From Rhodocyclaceae bacterium (lineage in GTDB: Bacteria > Pseudomonadota > Gammaproteobacteria > Burkholderiales > Rhodocyclaceae), in NCBI GenBank assembly GCA_039807535.1, contig JBDHRL010000002.1:3757-67756 (forward strand): a stretch of 64,000 nucleotides of DNA, read 5' to 3'. Within the stretch, counting starts at the first letter, position 1, and every line of letters starts with the position of its first letter. The notes beneath the pieces were generated by a model. It was given only the letters and a program-made list of their open reading frames with translations, ran no database searches and was not told the DNA's origin. Positions 50,177 to 62,058 of the stretch are shown piece after piece. The position numbers and the translations under genes were made by a program.

Positions 50177-52093
50177 TCAGGCCGCCCCTGCCCGCGCATC
50201 GCGTTCTCGCGTCAGGCGTTCGACAAACGTCTCGAGGGACATTTGCCCGAGATCTTGACCTCCCCGGGCACGCACGGCGACCAACCCCGCCGCCTTCTCC
50301 TTGTCGCCGACGACGACCTGGTAAGGCAGCTTTTGCAAGCTATGTTCGCGTATTTTATAGCTAATTTTTTCGTTGCGCAAATCCGAAACGGCCCGCAAGC
50401 CCGCCTGGCGTAGCTTTTCCGCAACAGTCCCGGCGTAATCGGACTGGTGTTCAGAGATATTCATGACTACTGCATGGACAGGCGACAGCCAGAGCGGGAA
50501 GGCGCCGGCATGATGCTCGATGAGAATGCCGATGAAACGCTCCATCGAGCCGAGAATGGCCCGGTGCAGCATGACCGGCTGGCGGCGGCTGTTGTCCTCG
50601 GCCACATATTCGGCGCCAAGCCGTCCCGGCAAGGAAAAATCGAGCTGCAAGGTGCCGCATTGCCAGACACGACCCAGGCAATCCTTCAGGGAAAACTCGA
50701 TCTTCGGGCCGTAAAAGGCTCCCTCGCCCGGCTGCAGGCCGTATTTCAGCCCCTTGTCGTCGAGAGCCTGCGCCAGCGCGGCTTCGGCCCGATCCCAGGT
50801 CTCGTCGGAACCTAGGCGCTTTTCCGGCCGGGTCGACAGCTTGACCAGGATGTCGTTGAAGCCGAAATCGGCGTAAACCCTGCGCAACAGGTCGATGAAG
50901 GCCGCCGATTCGGCGAGGATCTGCTCTTCGGTGCAGAAGATATGGGCATCGTCCTGCACAAAGCCGCGCACGCGCATGATGCCGTGCAGGGCGCCGGAAG
51001 GCTCGTTGCGATGGCAGGAGCCGAACTCGGCCAGGCGCAAGGGCAGGTCGCGATAGCTCTTGATGCCCTGGTTGAATATCTGCACATGGCCGGGGCAGTT
51101 CATCGGCTTGACGGCGTAGTCGCGCTCTTCTGCCTTGGTGGTGAACATGTGCTCGGCGTAGTTCTCCCAGTGGCCGGACTTTTCCCACAGCACGCGGTCC
51201 ATCACCTGGGGCGTGCGCACCTCTTGGTAGCCGTTCTGGCTCAGGAGGCGGCGCATGTACTGTTCGACCTCCTGCCAGATCACCCAGCCCTTGGGGTGCC
51301 AGAACACCATGCCCGGCGCTTCGTCCTGCAGGTGGAAAAGATCGAGCTGGCGACCGAGCTTGCGGTGGTCGCGCTTTTCCGCCTCCTCCAGCATGTGCAG
51401 ATAGGCGTCCAGCTCGTCCTTCTTCGCCCAGGCCGTGCCATAAATGCGCTGGAGCATTTCGTTGCGCGAATCGCCGCGCCAGTAGGCGCCGGCCACCTTC
51501 ATCAGCTTGAAGACCTTCAGCTTGCCGGTCGAGGGAGCGTGCGGACCGCGACAGAGGTCGATGAAGTCACCTTCGCGGTAGAGCGACACTTCCTGGCCGG
51601 CCGGAATGGAGGCGATGATCTCGGCCTTGTAGCGCTCGCCGATCGACTCGAAGTAGGCCACCGCCTTGTCGCGCGGCCACACTTCGCGCACGACGGGAAA
51701 ATCCTTCTTCGCCAACTCGGCCATGCGCGTCTCGATTTGCGCAAGGTCTTCCGGCGTGAAGGGCCGCTTGTAGGAAAAATCGTAATAGAAGCCGTTGTCG
51801 ATCACCGGGCCGATGGTGACCTGGGCCTCGGGAAACAGCTCCTTGACGGCATAGGCCAGCAGATGCGCCGTCGAATGGCGCAGGATCTCGACGCCTTCGG
51901 CATCCTTCTCCGTGATGATGGCCAGCGTGCTGTCACGTTCGATACGGAAGCCGGTGTCGACCAGCTTTCCATCCACCTTCCCGGCCAGCGCTGCCTTGGC
52001 CAGGCCGGCCCCGATCGAGGCCGCCACCTCGGCCACCGTGACCGCTTGGGGGTATTCCCGCTTTGAACCATCCGGCAATGTAATCGTCAGCAT
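50177..52093 (-). CDS. thrS: Threonine--tRNA ligase
   Basis: [44 protein letters not shown]. Confidence 0.99.
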   Translation of the reverse strand: MLTITLPDGSKREYPQAVTVAEVAASIGAGLAKAALAGKVDGKLVDTGFRIERDSTLAIITEKDAEGVEILRHSTAHLLAYAVKELFPEAQVTIGPVIDNGFYYDFSYKRPFTPEDLAQIETRMAELAKKDFPVVREVWPRDKAVAYFESIGERYKAEIIASIPAGQEVSLYREGDFIDLCRGPHAPSTGKLKVFKLMKVAGAYWRGDSRNEMLQRIYGTAWAKKDELDAYLHMLEEAEKRDHRKLGRQLDLFHLQDEAPGMVFWHPKGWVIWQEVEQYMRRLLSQNGYQEVRTPQVMDRVLWEKSGHWENYAEHMFTTKAEERDYAVKPMNCPGHVQIFNQGIKSYRDLPLRLAEFGSCHRNEPSGALHGIMRVRGFVQDDAHIFCTEEQILAESAAFIDLLRRVYADFGFNDILVKLSTRPEKRLGSDETWDRAEAALAQALDDKGLKYGLQPGEGAFYGPKIEFSLKDCLGRVWQCGTLQLDFSLPGRLGAEYVAEDNSRRQPVMLHRAILGSMERFIGILIEHHAGAFPLWLSPVHAVVMNISEHQSDYAGTVAEKLRQAGLRAVSDLRNEKISYKIREHSLQKLPYQVVVGDKEKAAGLVAVRARGGQDLGQMSLETFVERLTRERDARAGAA

Positions 52094-52171
52094 CCCGAGA
52101 CCGCCATAAACAACAAAAGCCAGAAAACCGAAGCCGCCTCGGCCCCCGTCCTCTGACTTCTGTTTTCGAAT

Positions 52172-52248
52172 TGGTAGGCGCGATAGGACTCGAACCTACG
52201 ACCCCCACCATGTCAAGGTGGTGCTCTAACCAGCTGAGCTACGCGCCT
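52172..52248 (-). tRNA. tRNA-Val(GAC)
   Basis: AGGCGCGTAGCTCAGCTGGTTAGAGCACCACCTTGACATGGTGG...GTTCGAGTCC...CGCGCCTACCA; 77 nt. Confidence 0.97.
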
Positions 52249-52283
52249 GAAAGGGCGCTATTGTAGCCGATACCGCTTCCTTT

Positions 52284-52988
52284 TCAAAGTCCGCCTGGCG
52301 CAGGCCAGATTCTTCCGCCCTTGCTTTCCCCGTCGATCTCGGCCAGTACCCGCTCGTGCTCGGCCAGTTCTTCGGCACTGGCACGCAGCACGCGCAAGAG
52401 CGGACGCTCCGCAGCCGGCATTTCTTGCGGGTCGGCGGCGGGAGCGGTCTCCAGTTCCATGATCAGGCTCTCCTGACCGCGCGTCATGGCCAGGTAAACC
52501 TCCGCCAGAAGCTCCGCGTCGAGCAGCGCCCCGTGCAGGGTTCGGCCGGAGTTGTCGATGGTGTAACGCTCGCACAGCGCATCCAGCGAATTCCTGCGCC
52601 CCGGATGCAGCTCACGCGCCATCTTCAGGGTGTCCACCACGCCCGAACAGACCTGTTCCAGCGGGGAGAGTTGCTGCAGGGCCAGCTCGTTGTCGAGAAA
52701 TCCGGCATCGAACGCGGCGTTGTGAATGATCAACTCTGCCCCCTGAATGAAATCGAGGAACTCGGCGACAATCTCGCCAAAGCGCGGCTTGTCCTGCAGG
52801 AACTCGCTGGACAGGCCATGAATGGCCAGCGCACCCGCTTCCACTTCGCGTTCAGGGTTGATGTAGCGGTGAAAGCGCTGGCCGGTCAATTTGCGGTTGA
52901 GCAGCTCGACGCAGCCGATCTCGATGACGCGATCGCCCAACCGGAAATCGAGGCCGGTCGTTTCCGTGTCGAGGACAACCTGCCTCAA
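52284..52988 (-). CDS. dnaQ: DNA polymerase III epsilon subunit
   Basis: TTG start overlapping the rnhA stop; [24 protein letters not shown]. Confidence 0.96.
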   Translation of the reverse strand: MRQVVLDTETTGLDFRLGDRVIEIGCVELLNRKLTGQRFHRYINPEREVEAGALAIHGLSSEFLQDKPRFGEIVAEFLDFIQGAELIIHNAAFDAGFLDNELALQQLSPLEQVCSGVVDTLKMARELHPGRRNSLDALCERYTIDNSGRTLHGALLDAELLAEVYLAMTRGQESLIMELETAPAADPQEMPAAERPLLRVLRASAEELAEHERVLAEIDGESKGGRIWPAPGGL

Positions 52989-53443
52989 GTGTGCTTTCCT
53001 TTCAAGGTTTCGATCCCCCGGCGCGCAAGGGCGTCGGCGCGCTCGTTTTCCGCATGACCGGCATGCCCTTTCACCCAATGCCACTCGATGCGATGGCGCG
53101 AGGCCAGCGCATCGAGTTCGCGCCACAACTCTGCGTTTTTCACCGGCTGCTTGCCGGCGGTACGCCAGCCACGCTTCTTCCAACCATGGATCCATTCGCT
53201 GATGCCCTTCTGCACATACTGCGAATCGGTATGCACGCGGGCCTGCACCGGCCGCTTGAGGGCCCCCAGGGCGCGGATCACGGCAGTCAGCTCCATGCGG
53301 TTGTTGGTGGTGTCGGCCTCGCCTCCGAACAACTCCTTCTCGTGGCCACCCATCCGCAGCAGCACTCCCCAGCCGCCGGGGCCCGGATTGCCGCTGCAGG
53401 CACCGTCGGTGAAGATTTCCACGGTCTCCTTGGCCGCGCTCAT
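52985..53443 (-). CDS. rnhA: Ribonuclease HI
   Basis: [42 protein letters not shown]. Confidence 0.98.
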   Translation of the reverse strand: MSAAKETVEIFTDGACSGNPGPGGWGVLLRMGGHEKELFGGEADTTNNRMELTAVIRALGALKRPVQARVHTDSQYVQKGISEWIHGWKKRGWRTAGKQPVKNAELWRELDALASRHRIEWHWVKGHAGHAENERADALARRGIETLKGKHT

Positions 53444-54162
53444 CGACCGCCCTTCTGGATCCGCTGGACCGCCGGCGCGAGTGCCTTGGCACGCGCCTTG
53501 CGATCATGCCAGGAGGGCGTGAGCATGCGCAGGCCATGCTGGCGCTTGACGCCCTGCAGAAGATACACGGCGCCGGCGATCGGCCACCAGCGGTCGCCGG
53601 CCAGTTCGAGGAAATGCCAGCGGCGCAGCCACTCTTCCTGCGTCACGGCCGGCGCATAGCGGCCAAAGCAGCCTGCCTGGGTTTCGAAGCTGAGCAATTG
53701 CAACAGATCCTTCAGGCGCCGCACACTGAAATATTGTCCCTGCCAGGGGAAAGCGGCCGCACGACCGGCCATCCTTCGCTTGATGCCCCACAGGCTGTGC
53801 GGATTGAAGCCCGAAATCAGCACATGGCCCTCCGGCACCAGCACCCGCTCGACCTCGCGCAGAATCTGATGCGGGTCGGTCGCGAACTCGAGAACGTGCG
53901 GCAACACCGCCAGGTCCACGCTGTTGCCGGCCAGCGGGAGGTGATGCGGATCGCCAACCGCATCTGCCGGCCGGGTAGCGTCATAGACGAAGCGCAGCGG
54001 CATGCGGTTCGCGCGCAGGCAGTCGCATTGCGGCAGGCCGATTTGAACGGCGTTGAAGCCGAAAATGTCGGCAACCATCTGGTCATAGCGGAGCTGCTCC
54101 CATTCGAGGATGTATTTTCCCTGCGGGGTCAGCAGCCAGGCATCGATGGCGGGATTTGACAT
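53440..54162 (-). CDS. Class I SAM-dependent methyltransferase (YafS-like)
   Basis: [38 protein letters not shown]; lies between rnhA and gloB. Confidence 0.88.
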   Translation of the reverse strand: MSNPAIDAWLLTPQGKYILEWEQLRYDQMVADIFGFNAVQIGLPQCDCLRANRMPLRFVYDATRPADAVGDPHHLPLAGNSVDLAVLPHVLEFATDPHQILREVERVLVPEGHVLISGFNPHSLWGIKRRMAGRAAAFPWQGQYFSVRRLKDLLQLLSFETQAGCFGRYAPAVTQEEWLRRWHFLELAGDRWWPIAGAVYLLQGVKRQHGLRMLTPSWHDRKARAKALAPAVQRIQKGGR

Positions 54163-54189
54163 TTTGTTCCGAAGTCCGAGAATCGCGAT

Positions 54190-54966
54190 ATGGACATCCA
54201 AGCCTTGCGCGCATTTGAAGACAATTATATCTGGCTGCTGGGCCAGGACCGCCGCATCGCCGTCGTCGACCCGGGCGATGCGGCGCCCGTGCTGCGTCAT
54301 CTGGAGCAAGAGGACGTTAGCCTGGCCGCCATCCTGCTCACGCACCATCACGGCGACCACACTGGCGGCATCGACGAACTGCTCGCACACCATCCCGTTC
54401 CGGTCTATGGGCCGGCAAAGGAAGCGATCGCCGGCATCACGGCGCCGCTGCGGGAGGGCGATGCCGTAGCCCTGCCTGGCATCCAGGCGCGCATCGAAGT
54501 GCTCGATGTCCCCGGGCATACCCGCGGACACATCGCCTACCACTGCGATGCCCCGGGGCAAGGTGCGCTGTTCTGCGGAGACACCCTGTTCGCCTGTGGC
54601 TGCGGCCGCCTGTTCGAGGGAACGGCCGAGCAAATGTGGGCTTCGCTGAACAAGCTGGCTGTCCTGCCCCCGGCTACCCGTGTTTTCTGCGCCCACGAGT
54701 ACACCCAGTCGAACATCCGCTTTGCCCTCGCCGTCGAACCGGGCAATGCCGCTCTGCAGGCAAGGGCCGTCCGGGTTGCGGAATTGCGCAAGAACCAGCA
54801 GCCCACGGTCCCCTTCACGCTCGCCGAAGAACTGGCGACCAATCCCTTCCTGCGCTGCACAGAGCCCGAAGTGGCGGCGGCGGCCGGGCTCCACTGCGGC
54901 GCCCGGCTGCACGGACCTGTCGAAGTGTTTGCCGTGCTGCGGGAGTGGAAGAACAGCTTTCGCTAG
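54190..54966 (+). CDS. gloB: Hydroxyacylglutathione hydrolase (glyoxalase II)
   Basis: DNYIW, THHHGDHTGG, PGHTRGH, GDTLFACGCGR, CAHEYT, ELATNPFLR. Confidence 0.96.
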   Translation: MDIQALRAFEDNYIWLLGQDRRIAVVDPGDAAPVLRHLEQEDVSLAAILLTHHHGDHTGGIDELLAHHPVPVYGPAKEAIAGITAPLREGDAVALPGIQARIEVLDVPGHTRGHIAYHCDAPGQGALFCGDTLFACGCGRLFEGTAEQMWASLNKLAVLPPATRVFCAHEYTQSNIRFALAVEPGNAALQARAVRVAELRKNQQPTVPFTLAEELATNPFLRCTEPEVAAAAGLHCGARLHGPVEVFAVLREWKNSFR

Positions 54967-55014
54967 GGCCTGTTCACATTCATTCTGCCGACAGAATGAA
55001 TGTGAACAGGCCCT
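54965..55014. repeat. Perfect 23-bp inverted repeat, MITE-like; probably also acts as terminator
   Basis: AGGGCCTGTTCACATTCATTCTG-CCGA-CAGAATGAATGTGAACAGGCCCT. Confidence 0.85.
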
Positions 55015-55020
55015 TGAAAG

Positions 55021-55974
55021 TCAGTCCGGAAGCAGCGCCGGATCGGCTGCCTGCACGCCATTGCGTCCCTGCCGCTTGGCCTCGTAGAGCGCCCAGTCCG
55101 CGGCGCTCACCAGGCGCGGCATGTCCTCCGCCCGCCGGGGCTGCATGGTCGCCGTCCCGATGCTGACCGTGAGGACGCCGAAAGGCGAGCCTGCGTGCGG
55201 CAACTCACCATCCTGAATTGCGAGGCGCATCGATTCGGCAACGCCCATGGCGCCCTCCAACACGGTATTCGGCAGGATGACGGCGAACTCCTCTCCGCCG
55301 TAGCGCGCCACGATGTCGGCCGGACGCCGCAGCTTGCCCTGCAGGGTTTCCGCCACCTTTTTGAGGCACGCATCACCGCCCTGGTGGCCGTAGCAATCGT
55401 TGTACTGCTTGAAGAAATCCACGTCGACCATCAGGAGGGACAGCGGCTCGCGCGCCCTCAGGCAGCGCCGCCATTCACGCAGAAGCGCTTCGTCGAACAG
55501 CCTGCGATTGGCGATTCCGGTCAGCCCGTCCACCGCCGACAGCCGGGTCAGTTCCCGATTGGCGCTGTCGAGCTTGCGCGTCAGCACCAGCAGCGAATGG
55601 CGCATCTGGATGATGCGCTGCATCGCGCGCACCTTGGCGCCCAGCACCACTTCGCTGAGCGGCTTGAGAAGATAGTCGTCGCCGCCCGCCTCGATGCCGC
55701 GCTCGAGATCCTCGTCCTTGGTCAGCGCAGTAAGAAAAATGATCGGCGTCCATTCGCCGGGCTTCTCCATGGCGCGGATGCGCCGCGCCACCTCGAAGCC
55801 GTCGGTGCCCGGCAGGAGGACATCGAGGAGAATGAGATCGGGCCGCTCGCGCTCGAAGCTGGCGATTCCCGCCATGCCGTCGCGTGCCTGCACGGGCTGA
55901 ATGCCCATGCGCTCGAGCAGATGGCAGATCACGGCCTGGCCGGTGGCGGTGTCCTCGACGACGAGCGCTTTCAT
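55021..55974 (-). CDS. Response regulator diguanylate cyclase (REC-GGDEF)
   Basis: REC: VVED, LILLDV, LLKP; GGDEF: DVDFFKQYND, RPAD I-site, ARYGGEEF, ADWALYEAK. Start may be upstream at 56018. Confidence 0.93.
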   Translation of the reverse strand: MKALVVEDTATGQAVICHLLERMGIQPVQARDGMAGIASFERERPDLILLDVLLPGTDGFEVARRIRAMEKPGEWTPIIFLTALTKDEDLERGIEAGGDDYLLKPLSEVVLGAKVRAMQRIIQMRHSLLVLTRKLDSANRELTRLSAVDGLTGIANRRLFDEALLREWRRCLRAREPLSLLMVDVDFFKQYNDCYGHQGGDACLKKVAETLQGKLRRPADIVARYGGEEFAVILPNTVLEGAMGVAESMRLAIQDGELPHAGSPFGVLTVSIGTATMQPRRAEDMPRLVSAADWALYEAKRQGRNGVQAADPALLPD

Positions 55975-56126
55975 TGAAGAGGCAAGGGATTGTATGTTCC
56001 TGTTCTTGCGCGACAGCATAGCCGAATTGCGGCCCTGTTGCAGTTTCGCCTGCGTTTTTTCATAGAGGAAAATTGACGCTCCCGGGGAAGCAAGGGTAGC
56101 ATTGGGCTTTCGCACGTCCCGGCTCC

Positions 56127-57503
56127 ATGTTCAAGCTCAAGCCCGCTCTGACGGGAACCCTTGCCTGCCTGTCTCTCAGCCTGTTTTTCGCCGTTTCCGC
56201 AGCCGCAGAAGAGGATCGGCAGACCGTTGCCGTGCCCCCGCCTGCGGCTGCGGAAAGCCCGCTGCCTGATCCCGTCCCGACCATCGAGCTGAAGGAAGAT
56301 CCGCCGCCACTTGTGTCGATCGATCTGACCCGGCCGCCCGACGACCTGTGGGACCGCATCCGCAACGGCTTCGGCATGCCGAATCTCGACAGTCCGCTGG
56401 TGCAGCAACAGCAGGCCTGGTATCTCGCCCGCCCGGACTATCTCCGGCGTGTCGTCGACCGCAGCCGGCGCTACATGCACTACATCGTCGAAGAGCTGGA
56501 AAAGCGCGGCATGCCGACGGAGCTCGCCCTGCTGCCGATCGTCGAGAGCGCCTACAACCCGATGGCCTATTCGCGCGCCCACGCCTCCGGCATGTGGCAA
56601 TTCATCCCCTCGACCGGCAAGACCTACCAGCTCGACCAGAACTGGTGGATGGACCAGCGGCGCGACATCATCGCCTCCACCGGCGCGGCCCTCGATTACC
56701 TGCAGTCGATCTACGAGATGCACGGCGACTGGCATCTGGCGCTCGCCTCCTACAACTGGGGCGAGAATGCCGTGGCACGCGCCATCAACAAAAACAAGGC
56801 GAAAGGCCTGCCGACCGACTACCTCAGCCTGTCCATGCCCAACGAGACGCGCTGGTACGTGCCCAAGCTGCAGGCCCTGAAGAACATCATCGCCCAGCCG
56901 GGAATGTTCAACGTCAACCTGGATCCGATTGCCAACAAGCCCTATTTCCAGACCGTCGAAGTTTCCGCCCACATGGATGTGGCCATCGCAGCGCGTCTGG
57001 CGGAAATGACCATCGAGGAGTTCCTCGCGCTCAACCCGGCCTACAACCGCCCGGTCATTCCGGACCAGGGCGGCGCCAACATCGTCCTGCCGTCCGAAAA
57101 AGTCGATGTGTTTCTGTCCAATCTCGAGGCCCACAACCAGCCGCTGACCAACTGGCAGGCCTACACCATCAAGAAGGGCGAAACGCTCGAAGGCATCGCC
57201 AAGCGGCATGGCCTGACGGTGGCGCGCCTCAGGCACGTCAATGGCATCAGCGGCAAAATGCGCGTCGGCCCGGGCCACACACTCCTCGTGCCGGCCAGGG
57301 GCGGCGCGGCCACGTCCAATCTGCTCGACGTCAATCTTCCCGTCGTCAAGCCGGCGGTCAGCAAGCCTCCGATCAAAGGCAGGAGGCAGGTCGCTTCGCA
57401 GAACGGTAAAAAATCGGCGCCGGCCAAGAAGAACGTCAGGCCACCGCCGAAGAAGCAGCAGGACAAGAAACCGCCTGTCAAACGCCCCGCCGCAGGCAAG
57501 TAA
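56127..57503 (+). CDS. mltD: Membrane-bound lytic murein transglycosylase D with LysM
   Basis: LALLPIVESAY, GMWQF, LASYNWGE, ETRWYVPKL, LysM YTIKKGETL. Confidence 0.92.
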   Translation: MFKLKPALTGTLACLSLSLFFAVSAAAEEDRQTVAVPPPAAAESPLPDPVPTIELKEDPPPLVSIDLTRPPDDLWDRIRNGFGMPNLDSPLVQQQQAWYLARPDYLRRVVDRSRRYMHYIVEELEKRGMPTELALLPIVESAYNPMAYSRAHASGMWQFIPSTGKTYQLDQNWWMDQRRDIIASTGAALDYLQSIYEMHGDWHLALASYNWGENAVARAINKNKAKGLPTDYLSLSMPNETRWYVPKLQALKNIIAQPGMFNVNLDPIANKPYFQTVEVSAHMDVAIAARLAEMTIEEFLALNPAYNRPVIPDQGGANIVLPSEKVDVFLSNLEAHNQPLTNWQAYTIKKGETLEGIAKRHGLTVARLRHVNGISGKMRVGPGHTLLVPARGGAATSNLLDVNLPVVKPAVSKPPIKGRRQVASQNGKKSAPAKKNVRPPPKKQQDKKPPVKRPAAGK

Positions 57504-57522
57504 GACCGTACCGGCTGCGGCT

Positions 57523-59535
<2,013 letters not shown>

Positions 59536-59644
59536 TGGAGTCCCTTTTCCCCATCACCCATCCCGGGAAAGGGGATGACGCTGGTGCGCCGCTGCGCGGC
59601 TCCGCTTCGCGGCTGGCGCCCCCTCGGGCGATCGTGCGGCGCGC
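59536..59644. repeat. Copy 2 of the dispersed intergenic repeat
   Basis: Similar to 1348-1440; same orientation relative to the downstream minus-strand start codon. Confidence 0.55.
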
Positions 59645-61084
59645 TCATGCCGCCGCCCCCTGCGCCGGGACCACCACCCGGCGGCTGGCGACGCGCGGAT
59701 CGAAGGCGTCGCGCACGGCGTCGGCAAACAGGTTGGCCGCCAGAACCAGGACGAACATGAAGACGAAGGCGGCGACCAGCGACCACCACACCACCGGCTC
59801 GCGCGCAAGTTCGAGGCGCGCCGTGTTGATCATGGTGCCGAAACTGATCGTGCTCGGATCGACACCGATACCGATGTAGGAGAGCACCGCCTCCGCCAGC
59901 ACCAGGCCGGAGAAGTCCATTACCACCGTGATGAGCACGATGTGCATGACGTTGGGCAGGATGTGACGGCCGAGGATGCGCGCCGTCGACGCGCCGAAGG
60001 CCTGCGCCGCCTGCACGTATTCCAGCTCGCGCAGCTTGAGCGTCTCGGCGCGCAGCAGCCGGCACAGTCCGGTCCAGCTCGTCACGCCGAGGATCAGGCA
60101 CAGTGCCAGCAGACGCGCGTCGGCGCGCTGGGCGGCGGTGGCGAACCAGTCCGGGTGCGTGTCGATCGCCACCTGCACCATCAGCACCGCGGCGGCGATG
60201 AGCAGCACGCCGGGAATCGAGTTGAGCGTCGTGTAGACATACTGGATGAGATCGTCCACCCAGCCGCCGAAATAACCGGCGACGATGCCCAGAGCGAGGG
60301 CGAAGGGCAGCATGGCCAGCGTGGTGATGGTGCCGATGACCAGTCCGGTGCGAATGCTCTTGAGCGTCAGGTAGAGGACGTCCTGGCCGACCTTGTCGGT
60401 GCCGAAGACATGGTAGCCGCCGGCCAGGGAGACGACCGGTCCGGCCAGCAGCAGAAGCGCGCTCACCGTGAGGATCACGGCCTGCCAGGCGAAGCGCGTC
60501 TCGCCGCGCCGGATGCGGCGCCAGGCAGCACGCCGGCCGATGCCCCAGCGGCGTGACGCCAGCCGCACTGCCAGCGCGGCAAAAGTCAGTCCGCACAGCA
60601 CGGCGAGGGCAAGACCGCGCAGGATGCGCAGCGCCACATCGCGGCCCCACTCCGCCTCGGCATCCTTGAGGTGGGCGCCGCCGTGCCGCAGGCGCGGATA
60701 CACGCGCGCCTGGCTGCCGTCGGGCAGTTCCACCGTCTCCCGGGCATACAGGCGCGCTGCGAGGGGCGCCGAATAGGTCTTCTCGGTGGCGGCGCGCAGC
60801 GGCTGCAGCAGGGCGTCCAGCACGCTATGCACCTCGCTGCCGTAGCCCCCTCCAGCCTGGCCGGTCGCGGCTTCCAGTCGCGGCCGGTAGTGCAGCGAGT
60901 CGAGCAGCCCGATGACGACGAAGGCCGCCAGCACGGTCATCGAGGCCATGCCGGCGCGGCTCTCGCCGACGCGCCCCCACGAGGCGAGCAGGTATTCGCG
61001 GCGGCTGACGTAGACGCCGGCGCCGGCGCCGCAGGCAACCAGCAGAAAGACGAGCAGGTCGGTCCACAGCAGCACCGGCATCAT
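59645..61084 (-). CDS. Peptide ABC transporter permease (OppC/DppC-like)
   Basis: FGTDKVGQD, GYFGGWVDD, EYVQAAQAFGA, HILPN; enlarged N-terminal region. Confidence 0.92.
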   Translation of the reverse strand: MMPVLLWTDLLVFLLVACGAGAGVYVSRREYLLASWGRVGESRAGMASMTVLAAFVVIGLLDSLHYRPRLEAATGQAGGGYGSEVHSVLDALLQPLRAATEKTYSAPLAARLYARETVELPDGSQARVYPRLRHGGAHLKDAEAEWGRDVALRILRGLALAVLCGLTFAALAVRLASRRWGIGRRAAWRRIRRGETRFAWQAVILTVSALLLLAGPVVSLAGGYHVFGTDKVGQDVLYLTLKSIRTGLVIGTITTLAMLPFALALGIVAGYFGGWVDDLIQYVYTTLNSIPGVLLIAAAVLMVQVAIDTHPDWFATAAQRADARLLALCLILGVTSWTGLCRLLRAETLKLRELEYVQAAQAFGASTARILGRHILPNVMHIVLITVVMDFSGLVLAEAVLSYIGIGVDPSTISFGTMINTARLELAREPVVWWSLVAAFVFMFVLVLAANLFADAVRDAFDPRVASRRVVVPAQGAAA

Positions 61085-62058
61085 TGCAGCCTCACGCGCG
61101 GATCGACCAGGGTGTACGACAGGTCGGTCAGCAGCAGGCCGGCGATGTAGAGCACCGAGCCGATGAAGACCATCGAGCGCACTACGGCGAAGTCCTGCGC
61201 GTTGATGGCGTCGATGGTGTACGAGCCGAGGCCCGGGATGCCGAAGAAGGACTCGGTGATGAGCGATCCCATGAACAGCAGCGGGATCACCACCACCACG
61301 CCGGTGAGGATCGGAATCAAGGCGTTCTTCAGCACATGGCGGAACAGCACGGCCGCCTCGGACAGGCCCTTGGCGCGCGCCGTGCGCACATAGTCCTTGC
61401 CGATTTCCTCGATGAAGATGGTGCGGTACCAGCGCGTGCTGCTGCCGGTGCCGGCGACGACGCCGATGAGGACCGGCAGCAGGAGGAAGCGCACGGCGTC
61501 GAGGCCGCCGGCGTAGCCCGAAATCGGCACCAGATGCCAGACCTTGCTCACCAGGTACTGGCCGCCGATGATGTAGAACAGGCTGGATACGGACATCATG
61601 GCCACGCACACCACCACGCCCCAGAAATCGAGGTAGGAGGCGCGGAAGAAGGCCAGCAGCAGGGCGAAGGTCACCGTGACGAAGAGCCCGAGCACGAAGG
61701 TCGGCACGGCGATGGCCAGGCTCGGGCCCATGCGCGTGCGGATCTCGTGGCCGATGTCGCGGCCGTCGTCGGCGCGGCCGAAGTCGAGGACGAACAGCTT
61801 CACCGACTTCTCGAAAAAAATGGTGTTCGTGACCCTTGCGGTTCCCGCGGCGGAACGGTTGTAGAGCAGCGGCTTGTCGTAGCCGCGCTCGGCCTTCCAT
61901 TTCTCGATCGCCTCGGGCGTCACCCGCTTGATGCCGAGCTGCATGCGCGCCATGTCGTCCGGCGTATTGACGACGAAGAACAGCGCGAAGGTGAGCAGGT
62001 TAACGCCGACCAGGATCGGGACGGCATAGAGCAGGCGGCGGACGATGTAGGCGAGCAT
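61081..62058 (-). CDS. Peptide ABC transporter permease (OppB/DppB-like)
   Basis: MLAYIVRRLL, DYVRTARAKGLSE, HVLKNA, ESFFGIPGLG. Confidence 0.93.
   Translation of the reverse strand: MLAYIVRRLLYAVPILVGVNLLTFALFFVVNTPDDMARMQLGIKRVTPEAIEKWKAERGYDKPLLYNRSAAGTARVTNTIFFEKSVKLFVLDFGRADDGRDIGHEIRTRMGPSLAIAVPTFVLGLFVTVTFALLLAFFRASYLDFWGVVVCVAMMSVSSLFYIIGGQYLVSKVWHLVPISGYAGGLDAVRFLLLPVLIGVVAGTGSSTRWYRTIFIEEIGKDYVRTARAKGLSEAAVLFRHVLKNALIPILTGVVVVIPLLFMGSLITESFFGIPGLGSYTIDAINAQDFAVVRSMVFIGSVLYIAGLLLTDLSYTLVDPRVRLQ

Noticed and set aside
52172-52248. Island at tRNA-Val(GAC)
   Set aside because: Followed directly by a hairpin and thrS; no duplication seen.
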